From NCBI GenBank assembly GCA_973895155.1, contig OZ316896.1, positions 310,001 to 374,000 on the forward strand: DNA of 64,000 nucleotides, given 5' to 3'. Below, piece after piece: positions 63,040 to 64,000 of this stretch (the stretch's first letter is position 1; each line of letters begins with the position of its first letter). This stretch comes from Marsupella aquatica (taxonomy: Eukaryota > Plantae > Marchantiophyta). The notes below the pieces were generated by a model. The model was given only the letters and a program-made list of their open reading frames with translations. It did no database searches and was not told the origin of the DNA. A program made the translations under genes and the position numbers.

Positions 63040-64000
63040 CTACTCCTCCTCTTCTTCACTCTCGGTGCCCCGGCTTGTGCCCCGTGAGTGGGCCTCCTCT
63101 TCATCACTCACGGGAGTGAGTGCCACCTCACTTTTCTTCTTCTTTACCGGGGTACCCTTCGTGCTACCGCTCCCTTGCTTCCTCAAAGTGGCCAAGGCCT
63201 GCCACGCCTTGATGTACCCCTCACCAATGGTGTCTTTCCATAGGGTAGCCTCTTCTCCGGACCGCAACTCCAACGGTAGAACTTGCCCGGTGGCCATGGG
63301 AGTCCCGGGGGTGACAGACCTGGGTGGCATCCCTGTACTGACCTGAGCCTCCCGTAATGATTTCCGTACCTCCCGGAGCTTCTTCTCCAAGCCCTTGCTC
63401 TTCTCCTGACTCTTCTTGGCTCCATCCAACAAGGGCCCATACTTCCCACTAACCTCCTTCACCACCATCTCAATAGCCTGGGAGATCAAATCCGGAGAAA
63501 GTGTGGAGCTAGGTGTGCCGGGGCTCTTCCGTTTCCCCAGACTTAAGGCCTCACTCCTCTTTGCTCGTGTCTCAAAGGCGGCCACCTGACTCCGTAGTGC
63601 TCCCACCTGGTTTCTCCACTCCACCACTTCTCCAGAATTCTGCTTCTCTTTGGCCAATGCTTGTCTCAATGCTCCCACCTCTTCTGCTTCCTTGGCCTTG
63701 GTGGACAAGGCTCCCTTCAAGTTGGAGATCTCTACGTGAGCTGCTTGGAGAAGCTTAACCTTCTCATGAATGGTCCCCTCCTTGGCCTTGATCACCTCCT
63801 TCAGAGACAGGGTACTCTGCTCTAACGTCTCTACTCTGGCTGTGGCGTGCTTGAGAGAATCTCTCAATGCGTGGACTAGCTTGAGTCCCTCATGGACTCC
63901 CTCTCTGAATTCCCGTAGCTCTGCCAGGTAAACATCCGGAATGTTGTAGACTAGGGGTTTTTTCGGATCTCCCATGAGTGATTCAAGCCACTCCAACGTG
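63040..64000 (-). CDS. C-terminal part of a probable retroelement-associated coiled-coil protein (runs to the window edge)
   Basis: ORF of at least 318 aa with heptad-rich helices, GKRK and KKKK motifs and an acidic tail; intronless; architecture like the C-termini of the LTR-encoded proteins. Confidence 0.5.
   Translation of the reverse strand, partial: TLEWLESLMGDPKKPLVYNIPDVYLAELREFREGVHEGLKLVHALRDSLKHATARVETLEQSTLSLKEVIKAKEGTIHEKVKLLQAAHVEISNLKGALSTKAKEAEEVGALRQALAKEKQNSGEVVEWRNQVGALRSQVAAFETRAKRSEALSLGKRKSPGTPSSTLSPDLISQAIEMVVKEVSGKYGPLLDGAKKSQEKSKGLEKKLREVRKSLREAQVSTGMPPRSVTPGTPMATGQVLPLELRSGEEATLWKDTIGEGYIKAWQALATLRKQGSGSTKGTPVKKKKSEVALTPVSDEEEAHSRGTSRGTESEEEEE

Overview
Eukaryotic land-plant nuclear DNA (GT-AG introns, TTTAGGG telomere motifs). 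It is probably from a non-seed plant, but that cannot be proven here. Three host genes: a 2-exon plastid-type PPR gene resembling Arabidopsis EMB1006 (1589-4475, -), a 14-exon SEC23D-like COPII gene (40162-46518, +) and an intronless soluble inorganic pyrophosphatase (48235-48798, -). Most of the rest is nested transposons: three Ty1/copia copies (one full-length, 52316-59983), two related 8-bp-TSD MITEs, a Mutator-like MITE and gypsy relics. The main discovery is a family of giant (~4.7 kb) Ty3/gypsy LTRs that themselves encode a ~1,100-1,200-aa protein with a plant-mobile-domain (PMD)-like region, a long coiled coil, a putative NLS and an acidic tail. One copy is a solo LTR with a perfect 5-bp TSD (24133-28792). 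Another is followed directly by a PBS-like motif and a gag start (21490->16405), which shows the unit is an LTR. A diverged sister family has identical termini and its own 5-bp TSD (12906-15798). A more distant relative (9851-16404) carries a similar ORF. Domain assignments are by eye from recalled motifs; no searches were run.
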